The notes under the pieces are model-generated. The model saw only the letters and a list, made by a program, of their open reading frames with translations. It searched no databases and was not told the DNA's origin. A stretch of DNA of 62,832 nucleotides, counting the filler. It is 4 parts of 4 records of this genome, joined end to end, with 100 filler letters (N's around TTAATTAATTAA, not from the genome) between each part and the next. Parts side by side here need not be neighbours in the genome. Positions count along the whole stretch, not along the records: positions 1 to 7,941 come from DRR378314_2503; positions 8,042 to 23,768 come from DRR378314_2516; 2 more parts are not named here. One strand, given 5' to 3'. Shown here one piece after another: positions 1 through 9,738 of the stretch. The first letter of the stretch is position 1. Each line of letters starts with the position of its first letter. The position numbers and the translations under genes were made by a program.

Positions 1-30
1 CAGTCTCAGCAGTCTCAGCAGTCTCAGCAG
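1..30 (-). repeat. 9-bp tandem repeat (CAGTCTCAG) encoding Ala-Glu-Thr in the RNase E tail
   Basis: cagtctcag occurs at least 3 times from position 1 and reads AET AET AET in the rne frame. Degenerate GGTTCTTGAGA (SQEP) units follow at about 90-170. Confidence 0.85.
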
Positions 31-3000
31 CTTTCGGCGCTTCTGCATGTGTGTCGACGTCTGCGGGTGTCTCTTGTGCCGTCTCCTGAGGTTCTTGAGA
101 CAATACAGGTTCCTGACGCACAAGTTCTTGAGACACAGGTTTTTGAGACTCAGAAGGTTCTTGAGACTCAGCAGCTTGAGATAGCGACTGCTGGGGCTTG
201 TCGGTCTCTTTTGCAGTTTCTTCGTCACGTGAGCTTACTGATTCGCTGTTGGCGGTATCAAGCTCTTTCACGTTTGAAGTGCTCTCTTCCTCCAGCTCTA
301 CTCCCTCATCAGCTTTCACGAGCTCAGACGAACCGCTAGCCGCCTCTTGGGGCGCTTCTTGAGCAGCAGTTGCGTCATCAGTTGGCTGTTGAGGTTTGTC
401 CTCAGCGCTTTTCTCTACACGTGCCCCTGCTTCAGGTTCCGCTTTATCTGCCGCTTGCTGAGGTTGGCGACGCTGGCGCGTAGCCTTGCGTGCTTTCTCC
501 GCCTTTTCGGCAGGGCGCTCAGCCGTTGTTCCATCGGCAGCTGCTGATTCCTCTACCGCTGGTTCAGGCGCTTCAGTCACTACTTCGGCGGTTGGTGCAG
601 CTGTTGTGCTGGCCTCATCTTGTAAAGAGGGGCTGGCCGGCGCTGCTTTACTGCTGTTCACTTCAACAGCAGGCGTTTCAACAGCCGGTGATTCAACAGC
701 AGCTTCAGCAGAAGGAGCGTCTGCAGAAGGAGCTTCAGCCGCTGCGGCTTGCAGTTTCAGCTGTTCCGCTTCGGCTTGAGGATTAACGGCCTGTTTACGC
801 GTGCGGTTGCGCGGATTGTTACGCGTGCGTTTCGGCTTGCCGTCATCCTGTTTGTCGTCCGTTTGTGATGCGGGCTCACGGGCAGCTTCGTTTTTCGGTT
901 TGGCATCACGTGGTTTATCGCGACGATTTTCTGGTTGAGCAGTAGGTTTAGCCGCCTCATCTTTAGATGACTCTTTAGTCGCTAGGTTTGTCTGCTGCTC
1001 TTTTTGACGAATGCTCTTTTGATCATTGTCCTGGAGCTTGGCCTCATCTTGCTGAGGGTGGCGTCGACGGTTGCGAGTACGACTAGGACCGCTACGTTTA
1101 TCGTTAGCGTCGTCGTTATTATCAGCGTTGCGCGGTTGGCTAGGCTGCTGGTTACTCGGCTGTTGATTGCTCGATTGCTGCTGACTGCGCTGCTCGTTTC
1201 TGCTGGCGCTTTCGCCACGTTCACGGGCAGGCTTTGGCTTGCTTTCGCTGCGCTGTGAGCGATTTTTGCTCGTTCTCTCAGGCTGCTTGCGGGCAACAGG
1301 AGCTTCCGGTTCGGGCTGGCTCGTGCTGGTATCTTCACCGCCTAGCAGTTTGGCAAAGCCTCTGATAAAGCGGCCAATCACACTGGGTTGCTCTTCAGTG
1401 ACGGTGGGAGTCGCTGTAACGGCTTTATCTGCTTTGGCAGCTCTCTCTGCCTTTTCTTCAGTCTGAAGAGAGGCGGGCGCTGGTGCATTATGTACAACGC
1501 TTTTAACCGCTGCTTCAGCGCGCATGGCGGGCGGAGTGAAGCTAGGATCGGGTTCTTTGCCTACTTCAGTATCAGTCGAAAGCTCGAAGCTGGATAACGT
1601 CAGGCTTTCATCATCGTCTAGGTGGTCATCACGCAGTCGCTGAACGTCGTAATGCGGCGTATCCATTTCGGGATTCGGCAGGAGAACTACGCGTACGCCT
1701 TGACGTGATTCGATGTCTGCCAGAACGCTGCGCTTTTCATTCAGCAAGTAGGTGGCGACAGGTACTGGAAGAATGGCGCGGATTTGTGCGCTGCGCTCTT
1801 TCATGGCTTCTTCTTCAATCAGGCGCATGATAGAGAGCGAAAGCGAGCGAACATCACGAATAGTGCCTTGGCCGTTACAGCGCGGACAAACAACGCCGCT
1901 GGTTTCGCCTAGCGAGGGGCGCAGCCGCTGGCGTGACATTTCCATCAAGCCAAAGCGAGAAATCCGACCAATCTGAACGCGTGCACGATCCAGCTTCAGG
2001 GCATCGCGCATGCGGTTTTCAACCTCACGCTGATTGCGCGCAGGGCCCATATCGATAAAGTCGATAACGACGAGACCACCGATATCACGCAGGCGCAACT
2101 GTCGCGCAATCTCATCGGCTGCTTCAGAGTTGGTTTGCAGCGCGGTTTCTTCAATATCGCTGCCGCGTGTGGCCCGGGCAGAGTTGATATCAATCGAGAC
2201 TAGCGCTTCGGTATGATCGATAACAATAGAGCCACCAGAGGGAAGCTTTACTTCGCGCTGGTAAGCAGTTTCGATCTGCGACTCAATTTGGAAGCGCGAG
2301 AAAAGAGGGACTTCATCGGCGTAAAGTTTAATTTTCTGCTGATAAGAGGGCATTACCTGACGAATAAAGCCCAGCGCTTCTGCATGAATCTCGGGGCTGT
2401 CAATTAACACCTCGCCAATGTCTTGGCGCAGGTAATCGCGCATGGCGCGGATAATGACATTAGATTCGCGGTAAATCAGGAATGGGGCTGAGCGCTTGCC
2501 AGCTTCAGTGGTAATGGACTCCCACACTTGGACAAGGTAATCCAAGTCCCACTGCAGCTCTTCTGGGCTACGGCCGATACCGGCGGTGCGAACGATCAGG
2601 CCCATTTTGTCTGGCACTGTCAGTTGGCCCATGGCATCTTTCAGCTGGCTGCGGTCATCACCTTCAATGCGGCGTGAAATACCACCTGCACGGGGATTGT
2701 TCGGCATCAGAACAAGAAAGCGGCCCGCTAAGCTAATAAAGGTAGTCAGTGCTGCCCCTTTATTGCCACGCTCTTCTTTATCAACTTGGACGATGACTTC
2801 CTGGCCCTCTTTCAGCACCTCTTTGATGCTAGGGCGACCAGACACATCTTTGATAAAATATTCGCGGGAAATTTCTTTTAGTGGCAGGAAACCATGGCGT
2901 TCGGCGCCAAAATCAACAAAAGCGGCTTCAAGGGAAGGTTCTACCCGGGTGATTTTGCCCCGGTAAATATTGGCTTTCTTCTGTTCTCGAGCGCCAGATT

Positions 3001-3088
3001 CGATGTCTAAATCGTAAAGGCGTTGCCCGTCTACCAGCGCAACCCGCAGCTCTTCTGGCTGGGTTGCGTTAATCAGCATCCGTTTCAT
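1..3088 (-). CDS. rne: Ribonuclease E, 3'-truncated at the window/contig edge (>1029 aa)
   Basis: Minus-strand ATG at 3088 reads [31 protein letters not shown]...[38 protein letters not shown], the RNase E N-terminus. It is followed by a long R/Q/E/A-rich tail. Absent from the ORF track, consistent with no stop before position 1. Divergent from rluC, the canonical synteny. Confidence 0.97.
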   Translation of the reverse strand, partial: MKRMLINATQPEELRVALVDGQRLYDLDIESGAREQKKANIYRGKITRVEPSLEAAFVDFGAERHGFLPLKEISREYFIKDVSGRPSIKEVLKEGQEVIVQVDKEERGNKGAALTTFISLAGRFLVLMPNNPRAGGISRRIEGDDRSQLKDAMGQLTVPDKMGLIVRTAGIGRSPEELQWDLDYLVQVWESITTEAGKRSAPFLIYRESNVIIRAMRDYLRQDIGEVLIDSPEIHAEALGFIRQVMPSYQQKIKLYADEVPLFSRFQIESQIETAYQREVKLPSGGSIVIDHTEALVSIDINSARATRGSDIEETALQTNSEAADEIARQLRLRDIGGLVVIDFIDMGPARNQREVENRMRDALKLDRARVQIGRISRFGLMEMSRQRLRPSLGETSGVVCPRCNGQGTIRDVRSLSLSIMRLIEEEAMKERSAQIRAILPVPVATYLLNEKRSVLADIESRQGVRVVLLPNPEMDTPHYDVQRLRDDHLDDDESLTLSSFELSTDTEVGKEPDPSFTPPAMRAEAAVKSVVHNAPAPASLQTEEKAERAAKADKAVTATPTVTEEQPSVIGRFIRGFAKLLGGEDTSTSQPEPEAPVARKQPERTSKNRSQRSESKPKPARERGESASRNEQRSQQQSSNQQPSNQQPSQPRNADNNDDANDKRSGPSRTRNRRRHPQQDEAKLQDNDQKSIRQKEQQTNLATKESSKDEAAKPTAQPENRRDKPRDAKPKNEAAREPASQTDDKQDDGKPKRTRNNPRNRTRKQAVNPQAEAEQLKLQAAAAEAPSADAPSAEAAVESPAVETPAVEVNSSKAAPASPSLQDEASTTAAPTAEVVTEAPEPAVEESAAADGTTAERPAEKAEKARKATRQRRQPQQAADKAEPEAGARVEKSAEDKPQQPTDDATAAQEAPQEAASGSSELVKADEGVELEEESTSNVKELDTANSESVSSRDEETAKETDKPQQSLSQAAESQEPSESQKPVSQELVRQEPVLSQEPQETAQETPADVDTHAEAPKAAETAETAET

Positions 3089-3650
3089 ATTGTCTCACAT
3101 AGCATTGCGAGCCGACGAGCCGTCTAGGCGTGGCGTAGACGAATCGCTGGGTGCTGCGTGCTTGTGCTCGGCGCATTGCTATGCTGACGCATTAAGCCGG
3201 GAAGGCAATCATGCCGACCCGGCCGAAAGGGCGTTGAGTACGTGGCGGAGGCAGAACATGTTTCGGTGGCTGTCACGTCCATCCGGCTCTGCTGACACCG
3301 CCAACACCTGGCATTCATCGATTCGTCAACGCCGGTCATCGGCACAGCGTTGAACTTGGCGCCCCAAGTCAAGCAGCACCTTGTGACGAACAGGATAGGC
3401 TGCTTGGGGCGTGACGTTTGTTAATTCAATTGCCTGCCATTGCGGGCGAAGCAAAAGTGTCTCTGCCGTCAAAAAGCATGCGACAGAGTAACTGTATATC
3501 CAGTACGTAAGGCGTGTGGGTAATGCGTACACTACGCCATTTTGCCTGTGCTCTGGCCTGCGTGTTTGTCGGGCAGGCGCTTGGCAAGCGTGGTAGTACT
3601 CCCGTTACGACGTGTCTGTTTACGGGTAAGCCACACTTGGCCGCTGAACG
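3089..3650 (-). ncRNA. Putative structured rne 5' leader (cis-regulatory RNA)
   Basis: Visible inverted repeats: 3098-3183 (catagcattgcg...cgcattgctatg, enclosing cgtcta/tagacg), 3196-3223 (gccggg..ggca/tgcc..cccggc), 3531-3594 and 3601-3626. rne leaders of other gammaproteobacteria are known autoregulatory RNAs. Confidence 0.6.
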
Positions 3651-3656
3651 TTTTGG

Positions 3657-3685
3657 AATATAACAGTAAAGACAACTACCAGCAA
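3657..3685 (-). promoter_or_regulatory. Putative sigma70 promoter for rne
   Basis: Minus strand: TTGCTG (3685-3680), 17-nt spacer, TATATT (3662-3657), with a TG extended -10 motif. Confidence 0.55.
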
Positions 3686-3764
3686 TTGACGCAATGCGCA
3701 TTGGTCTACGCTAGAATGCCGTTTTTAGCCTGTCGCTATTAGATCACACCAGGAGTGAGCGTTA

Positions 3765-4706
3765 ATGTCCGAAGGGCGGGAAGTACAGTGGGTGGATATC
3801 GCCCCGGAACAAGCAGGTCAGCGAATCGATAATTTTCTGATGACGCGTTTAAAAGGTGCTCCTCGTGCATTGATTTATCGCATTGTGCGGAAAGGCGAAG
3901 TAAGGGTTAATAAAAAGCGCGTCAAAGTAGATTATCGACTTCAAGCGGGTGATCTAGTGCGTGTGCCGCCGCTGCGATTAGCACCGAGAGAAGCGGTTAA
4001 AGAGGTGAGTGACAACTTACGTGATTTATTAATTGGTAGCGTCATTATGGAAGGACCCGATTGGATGGTGATTAACAAACCATCCGGATTGGCCGTCCAT
4101 GGCGGAAGTGGCGTCAAAATTGGTCTCATTGAAGCGCTTCGGCAAGTGCGCGATGACCTTACTTTTTTAGAGCTTGTCCACCGATTGGATCGTGATACAT
4201 CGGGCTGCCTACTGTTGGCAAAATCTCGTGATGCGCTCGTCACACTTAACGAATCGCTGAAAAAGCATGCAATGGACAAGCGCTACTTAGCGTTAGTGGC
4301 TGGTCGTTGGCCTGCTCGGAAGAGCTATGTGAGTGCTCGCTTAGATCGCTTTGATGCGGGTAACGGTGAAAGGCGAGTGCGGGTAGATCCAAATGGCAAG
4401 GTTTCACGGACTCACTTTTCGGTAGTAGAAACCTTTGAAAAGGTCACGCTGGTAGAGGCGGAGCCTGTGACAGGCCGCACCCACCAGATTCGTGTCCATG
4501 CGGCTCATGCTGGGCACGCCTTATTGGGCGACGATAAATACGGTACCCGCGAAAGTAATCATATGGCGCAGCGCCTTGGGTTGGGACGTCTATTTCTTCA
4601 TGCCCGTGCATTGACGTTTCCTGAGCCTGGCAATGGTCGACCCGTTACGGTGAAAGCACCGCTGCCTGAAGCATTGGAAGAAGCGTTAAAACGCGCTCGT
4701 AAATAA
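3765..4706 (+). CDS. rluC: 23S rRNA pseudouridine(955/2504/2580) synthase RluC
   Basis: S4 domain (GQRIDNFL...IVRKGEVRVN), catalytic HRLDRDTSG, and GRTHQIRVH. AGGAG RBS upstream. Divergent from rne. Confidence 0.96.
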   Translation: MSEGREVQWVDIAPEQAGQRIDNFLMTRLKGAPRALIYRIVRKGEVRVNKKRVKVDYRLQAGDLVRVPPLRLAPREAVKEVSDNLRDLLIGSVIMEGPDWMVINKPSGLAVHGGSGVKIGLIEALRQVRDDLTFLELVHRLDRDTSGCLLLAKSRDALVTLNESLKKHAMDKRYLALVAGRWPARKSYVSARLDRFDAGNGERRVRVDPNGKVSRTHFSVVETFEKVTLVEAEPVTGRTHQIRVHAAHAGHALLGDDKYGTRESNHMAQRLGLGRLFLHARALTFPEPGNGRPVTVKAPLPEALEEALKRARK

Positions 4707-4715
4707 GGAAGCGAC

Positions 4716-5366
4716 ATGCGCTATGAGCTAATTATCTTTGATTGGGATGGCACATTGATGAACTCCGTGCCAAAAATTGTTGCCTGCATGCAGGCAGCCG
4801 CTTCTGATGCCGAGTGGAATGAGTTAGACGTCAGTGCTATCGAGAATATTATTGGCTTGGGCCTGCCTGAGGCGATAGCAACGTTATGTCCTGGTATTGA
4901 AGCGGTTCAGGCCGAGCGCTTGCGTCAACGCTATGCCTACCATTTCGTTCATGGTGATTCGACGCCCATGCCTTTTTTTGAAGGCGTTAAAGAGCAAGTT
5001 GCCCGGCTGCGTGAACGTCCTTATCAGCGTTTAGCGGTGGCGACGGGGAAGAGCCGTCGTGGTCTAGATCGGGTTTTTGCCGAAACAGAGTCAGGTGGTT
5101 GGTTTAATGCCAGCCGAACAGCAGATGAAACGCGCTCTAAGCCTCATCCGCAGATGCTGCTTGAACTGCTCGAAGAGCTAAAGGTTCCCGTTGAGCGCGC
5201 TGTGATGGTGGGTGATACCGAGTATGACCTTGAAATGGCAAGGTCTATTAATATGGATCGTGTGGGCGTTACTTACGGTGTGCATACCCCCGCTCGGTTA
5301 GCGGCTAGTCAGCCTGTATGGCTGGCGGATGATGTAGATAGCCTATTCGACTGGCTTCACGGTTAG
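4716..5366 (+). CDS. HAD-IA family hydrolase (phosphoglycolate phosphatase-like)
   Basis: Motifs FDWDGTL, ATGKS, SKPHP and MVGDTEYD. Confidence 0.92.
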   Translation: MRYELIIFDWDGTLMNSVPKIVACMQAAASDAEWNELDVSAIENIIGLGLPEAIATLCPGIEAVQAERLRQRYAYHFVHGDSTPMPFFEGVKEQVARLRERPYQRLAVATGKSRRGLDRVFAETESGGWFNASRTADETRSKPHPQMLLELLEELKVPVERAVMVGDTEYDLEMARSINMDRVGVTYGVHTPARLAASQPVWLADDVDSLFDWLHG

Positions 5367-5426
5367 TGGCGTTAACAGCCACTGAGAGTAGTGGTTGTAC
5401 GATCAAGCGAACACTAGGAATCGTAT

Positions 5427-6554
5427 ATGAGTGATGAGCAGCAGCGCGATGGAAGTGGTGATAGTAGAGGTGCTCAGGCGGGTGATGACTTTCCTGGCCA
5501 GGAGAGTGGTGATCGTTGGACCGATGGGCCGGAGGTTGTCCAGCAGGCCAAAAAGCAACCGCTCCCGGGGGCGGAGAGTGATGATGCCGAAACACTGCGC
5601 GAGCGCCAGCGCTTAGCGCAGTTGGAAATGATGGACCGCTGGGTTGGCGGTGTTTTAACGGAACAGCGCAGAACACGGCGCTGGAAGCTGTTCTTTCGTT
5701 TGATGTTGTTGGCGATTGTATTGGTATCGTTAACAACAATGCTATATCGCGTGTTTCTCGCTGAGCCAACGGCCTCATTGCCCACCGAGAGCCACGTAGC
5801 ACTGGTGGAAGTACATGGTGTGATTGCCAGTGATGCACCAGCAAATGCTGAACGCATCATTAAAGGTTTGAATCGTGCATGGTCATCAGAGAGCGCTGCT
5901 GCTGTTGTGTTGCACATTGATAGTCCTGGTGGAAGCCCTGTGCAATCGCAGCGTATTTACGACGAAATGATGCGGCTGCGTGATCAGGGCGACAAGCCCA
6001 TTATTGCCGTGATAGAGGATATTGGTGCGAGCGGCGCTTACTACGTTGCTTCTGCTGCCGATAGCATCGTGGCGTCCCGTGCAAGCTTGGTTGGCTCTAT
6101 TGGTGTTATCTATGCTGGCTTTGGCTTCCAGGAAGCGATCAACCAGATTGGCGTAGAGCGTCGCGTAATGACTGCCGGTGAAAACAAAGCCTTTTTGGAT
6201 CCTTTTCAGCCGCTTGATGAAGAGGCTGCTGATTTCTGGCAGGGCGTTCTGACTCAAACCCATGAGCAGTTTATAGACGATGTGAAGGCGGGGCGTGGTG
6301 ATCGTTTGAGCAACAGCCCTGAGATTTTCTCAGGGCTTATCTGGAGCGGTGAACAAGCGTTAGAGCTAGGTTTGATAGATGAGCTGGCCAGTCTTGAGCA
6401 AGTAGCTCGTGAGCAGGTAGGCGAGGCTGAATGGGAGAACTATACGCCCAGCTTAGACCCCTTCGAGCGTTTGACACGCCGCTTTACGCAAACAGCTGCC
6501 GAAGTGCTGGGGCTTCAGCATGCGCATGCTCCTTTGCGCTTTCAGGCTCAGTAA
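5427..6554 (+). CDS. sppA: S49 family signal peptide peptidase (short SppA)
   Basis: One TM segment, then IDSPGGS, GASGAYY, GSIGV and FSGLIWSGEQALELGLID. Confidence 0.92.
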   Translation: MSDEQQRDGSGDSRGAQAGDDFPGQESGDRWTDGPEVVQQAKKQPLPGAESDDAETLRERQRLAQLEMMDRWVGGVLTEQRRTRRWKLFFRLMLLAIVLVSLTTMLYRVFLAEPTASLPTESHVALVEVHGVIASDAPANAERIIKGLNRAWSSESAAAVVLHIDSPGGSPVQSQRIYDEMMRLRDQGDKPIIAVIEDIGASGAYYVASAADSIVASRASLVGSIGVIYAGFGFQEAINQIGVERRVMTAGENKAFLDPFQPLDEEAADFWQGVLTQTHEQFIDDVKAGRGDRLSNSPEIFSGLIWSGEQALELGLIDELASLEQVAREQVGEAEWENYTPSLDPFERLTRRFTQTAAEVLGLQHAHAPLRFQAQ

Positions 6555-6557
6555 CGA

Positions 6558-7160
6558 CTAAGCGTCGCCGAGTGGGTTCATGCCTGCTTGGCGAAGCATG
6601 TCGCATAGTGCGATGAGTGGGAGCCCTATGAGTGCGTTTGGGTCTCGGCCTTCGAGTTTTTCAAACAAGCTAATCCCCAGTCCTTCCATGCGGAAGCTGC
6701 CAGCGCTGTCTAAAGGTTGCTCAAGGGCAACATATCGTGCAATTTCTTGCTGGCTCAGTGAGCGAAAAACCACCTCAAACGGCTCGATATGGACGTGATG
6801 CCGTTGGTGGCGGGTATCAACTAATGCTAAGCCCGTCAAAAAAGTCACTTTTTGGCCAGAAAAGCGCGCCAGATTCTCCCGAGCGCGCTCTTCTGTATGA
6901 GGTTTGCCGAGAATGTCACCCTCAAACAGAGCTATTTGATCAGAGCCAATGATGCAATGATTGGGGAAGCGCTCAGCAACGGCGTTGGCTTTGCTGAGTG
7001 CCAGGCGGTGCACTAAGGCGTTGGGCGTCTCATTAGGATAGGGCGTTTCGTCGATGTCTGGAGAGCAGCACTGATAGGGCAGTAATAGCTTGTCCAGTAG
7101 CGCTTGGCGGAAGCGAGAGCTTGATGCCAGGACAAGCGGCGCGTTATCGGTTTGAGGCAC
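6558..7160 (-). CDS. yceF: Maf family nucleotide pyrophosphatase, YceF subtype
   Basis: LVLASSS, IIGSDQ, GKP, AGSFRMEGLG and ALIGLPL. The Q and E residues fit the YceF subtype. Divergent from yceD. Confidence 0.9.
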   Translation of the reverse strand: MPQTDNAPLVLASSSRFRQALLDKLLLPYQCCSPDIDETPYPNETPNALVHRLALSKANAVAERFPNHCIIGSDQIALFEGDILGKPHTEERARENLARFSGQKVTFLTGLALVDTRHQRHHVHIEPFEVVFRSLSQQEIARYVALEQPLDSAGSFRMEGLGISLFEKLEGRDPNALIGLPLIALCDMLRQAGMNPLGDA

Positions 7161-7284
7161 AGTGTTCTCCTTAATAGGCCTGGTTGAGCATTAAACGGCG
7201 TTCAAAGGAGTGTAACGAAACCTTGGTAGCCTGCCTATTTACGTGGTTTTGGGAGATAATCTCATAAGAATTGCACCGACAGCT

Positions 7285-7320
7285 TTGACAGCGGGGGGGC
7301 GAGTGCCTATCATTGCGCGC
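7285..7320 (+). promoter_or_regulatory. sigma70 promoter of yceD-rpmF with a GC-rich discriminator
   Basis: TTGACA 7285-7290, 17-nt spacer, TATCAT 7308-7313, then TGCGCGC. Confidence 0.8.
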
Positions 7321-7322
7321 CT

Positions 7323-7871
7323 ATGTTGACCTCACAAATCCCCAGCCGGGTTGAGCCTTATAAGCTTGCAGCCCGCCGCGAACGACTAGAAGGCATTGTG
7401 GCGCTGAACAAGCTGCCACGCCTAGCTGAAGAAGCAGGTGACCAAACCGGCGACTGTCATGTCGTACTCGAGTTTGGCGTTGATGCCCAAGGCCGTCGCG
7501 AAATTCGTGGCCATTTGCAAGCGACCCTGGCGTTGCCTTGTCGCCGTTGTCTAGTGCCGCTAAGCCAAGACGTTTCCAGTGATTTCTTATTAGGAATGAT
7601 TGCAGACGAAGCTTTGGCTGCCGAGCTACCTGCTAGTCATGAGCCGGTGCTGGTGGAAAATGAACAGCTGGACTTGCTGACGGTAATAGAGGATGAACTT
7701 ATCCTTAGCTTGCCGCAGGTGGTCTATCACGATGAGACCGAATGCCATGTCTCGGCGGAGCAGCTGGTCAGCAAGACCGAAGGCACGGCGGAAGACTCCG
7801 CTCCGGCCAAGAACCCTTTCGCAGTGCTTAATGCTTTGAAAAGCAGTGGCGCTTTGAAAGGCAAAAAGTAA
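7323..7871 (+). CDS. yceD: YceD/DUF177 23S rRNA accumulation protein
   Basis: CRRCL, EDELILSLP and NPFAVL. Directly upstream of rpmF. Confidence 0.94.
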   Translation: MLTSQIPSRVEPYKLAARRERLEGIVALNKLPRLAEEAGDQTGDCHVVLEFGVDAQGRREIRGHLQATLALPCRRCLVPLSQDVSSDFLLGMIADEALAAELPASHEPVLVENEQLDLLTVIEDELILSLPQVVYHDETECHVSAEQLVSKTEGTAEDSAPAKNPFAVLNALKSSGALKGKK

Positions 7872-7907
7872 GCATCACTTACCTTAATTACCTTGGAGTA
7901 AACACCC

Positions 7908-7941
7908 ATGGCAGTTCAACAGAACCGTAAAACTCGTTCCA
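7908..7941 (+). CDS. rpmF: 50S ribosomal protein L32, 5' fragment
   Basis: GGAG RBS, then MAVQQNRKTRS, cut by the spacer. Confidence 0.92.
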
Positions 7942-8041
7942 NNNNNNNNNNNNNNNNNNNNNNNNNNNNNNNNNNNNNNNNNNNNTTAATTAATTAANNN
8001 NNNNNNNNNNNNNNNNNNNNNNNNNNNNNNNNNNNNNNNNN
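7942..8041. other. Artificial contig spacer
   Basis: 44 N + TTAATTAATTAA (stops in all six frames) + 44 N. Confidence 0.99.
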
Positions 8042-8326
8042 AGGGTTGGTTGCGCCCATGACTTCGCGGTTCTTTGCAATGGCGCCTTCGCCTTCCAGAA
8101 CCTGAACAACGACAGGCTCCGACGACATGAATTCGCACAGTTCGTCATAAAACGGACGCTCGGCATGCACGTCATAGAACTTGCCAGCCTGAGCTTTGGT
8201 CATGTGGATGCGCTTTTGTGCAACGATGCGCAGGCCTGCTTCTTCGAACTTGGCATTGATCTTGCCAGTCAGGTTGCGGCGGGTTGCATCAGGTTTGATG
8301 ATCGAAAATGTGCGTTCCAGTGCCAT
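8042..8326 (-). CDS. ndk: Nucleoside diphosphate kinase, 3'-truncated
   Basis: [14 protein letters not shown]...HAERPFY...REVMGATNP. Confidence 0.97.
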
Positions 8327-8430
8327 ATTGGCCTCTCCTTGACTTAAGGGCGCAGGGACTGCGCCGAAATCCTTCGCGCGCCGCCTAACATGGTCCGGGA
8401 CGTATGAAAAGCGTTATGATCGTTTATGCT

Positions 8431-9633
8431 TCAGATCGCATCGGGCAACGGGGCGATACGGTCCAACCGGCGGACGTAGAGCACGGCCAACAACCCGGCA
8501 AAGCTGCTGCCACACATCATGCTTAGCACCAGATACGGCCCGTTTTCAGGGCTTACAAATGTCCCGGTCACCATGGTCAGAATCGCACCCAGTGCCACGA
8601 TCATCGCCCCCGACAGGCCTGCCGCGCTGCCTGCAAGCTTTTGGCGTACCGACATCGCACCCGCAGTGGCATTTGCGTTGGTCAGGCCATTTCCGAAACC
8701 CACACAGATGGCTGATCCGAAAAACACCCAGACCGAGCCCATGTTTCCGATAAACAGCAGCAATCCGCAGAACGGCCCGGCTGACGCGACGACCCGCCCG
8801 TACAGTATCAATGTGGTTAGCTGAGCGCGCTTGGCAAAACGCCCGGTGACAAAATTGCCGACCATAAATCCGCCGGTGATAATACCGATCCCCAGACCCA
8901 ACATCGCGGGGCTCAGATCGAACCAGGCGGAAGCGACAAGTGGCACCCCGGTTATGAAACTAAAGAAGCCGCCGGTTGAGAACGCAGCGCACAGCGCATA
9001 CCCCCAGAACCTGCGCGCGCGAAGCAGATGTGGATACGCACGCAGTTGCGCGGCTAATGTCGAGGATCGATTGATATTGGTTTCCCCCATGTCGACCCAC
9101 AACAACAGGAACAACCCTGCCCCCAATATCGAATACAACACGAACCCGGCCCGCCAACCAAAGAGCATGTCCAACGCTCCGCCCACCATTGGCCCAAGCA
9201 TCGGTGCCAGTGCCATTGCCATCGCCACATAGCCCAGCTTGCTGGCGGCCTCGTTTGGTGGATATCGGTCGCGGATCGAGGCGCTGGCCAGAACCGGCCC
9301 AGCCACCACCGCTGTCTGAACCATCCGAAACGACAAGAAGGCCCAAATCGATTCGGCAAATATGCACCCAATCGATGCCGCAACAAATATTGCCATCGCA
9401 ATCAGCAATACCGGCCTGCGCCCGTACCGATCCGACAGAGGCCCCACGATCAACTGTAATACAGCAGAGACTGCCAGATACCCGGCCACGGACACGTTCA
9501 CCAAGCCGTAATCCACACCGAAATCTTCGCTCATATGCGCAAGCGATGGCAGGAACATGTTCAGTGTCAGAACAGACAGCGCTGTCGTGAAAATCAGCGT
9601 AATCAGGGACGGTGGTGTTTGAGCCGCGCGCAT
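8431..9633 (-). CDS. Bcr/CflA (DHA1) family MFS efflux transporter
   Basis: NMFLPSL, motif A GPLSDRYGRRPVLL, motif C-like APMLGPMVGG, about 12 hydrophobic segments. Confidence 0.9.
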   Translation of the reverse strand: MRAAQTPPSLITLIFTTALSVLTLNMFLPSLAHMSEDFGVDYGLVNVSVAGYLAVSAVLQLIVGPLSDRYGRRPVLLIAMAIFVAASIGCIFAESIWAFLSFRMVQTAVVAGPVLASASIRDRYPPNEAASKLGYVAMAMALAPMLGPMVGGALDMLFGWRAGFVLYSILGAGLFLLLWVDMGETNINRSSTLAAQLRAYPHLLRARRFWGYALCAAFSTGGFFSFITGVPLVASAWFDLSPAMLGLGIGIITGGFMVGNFVTGRFAKRAQLTTLILYGRVVASAGPFCGLLLFIGNMGSVWVFFGSAICVGFGNGLTNANATAGAMSVRQKLAGSAAGLSGAMIVALGAILTMVTGTFVSPENGPYLVLSMMCGSSFAGLLAVLYVRRLDRIAPLPDAI

Positions 9634-9738
9634 GGAAAAACCGATTGGAAGACGAACCGGGACAGCGCTAACACATTGTTTGTGGCTTGGACATAGCGGC
9701 CTCTGGCGGCGTCACTGATGCTCTGATAAGAGCGCCAC

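Noticed and set aside
90..180. Spaced GTTCTTGAGAC repeats suggesting a CRISPR-like array
   Set aside because: The units are about 11 nt, irregularly spaced, and in frame within the RNase E tail; no cas genes are present.
49..3353. Many short ORF-track entries over the first 3.3 kb
   Set aside because: Antisense or off-frame shadows of the unlisted rne gene and its leader.
7986..7997. TTAATTAATTAA palindrome, repeated at 23813 and 45156
   Set aside because: Synthetic six-frame-stop linker embedded in N runs; not biological.
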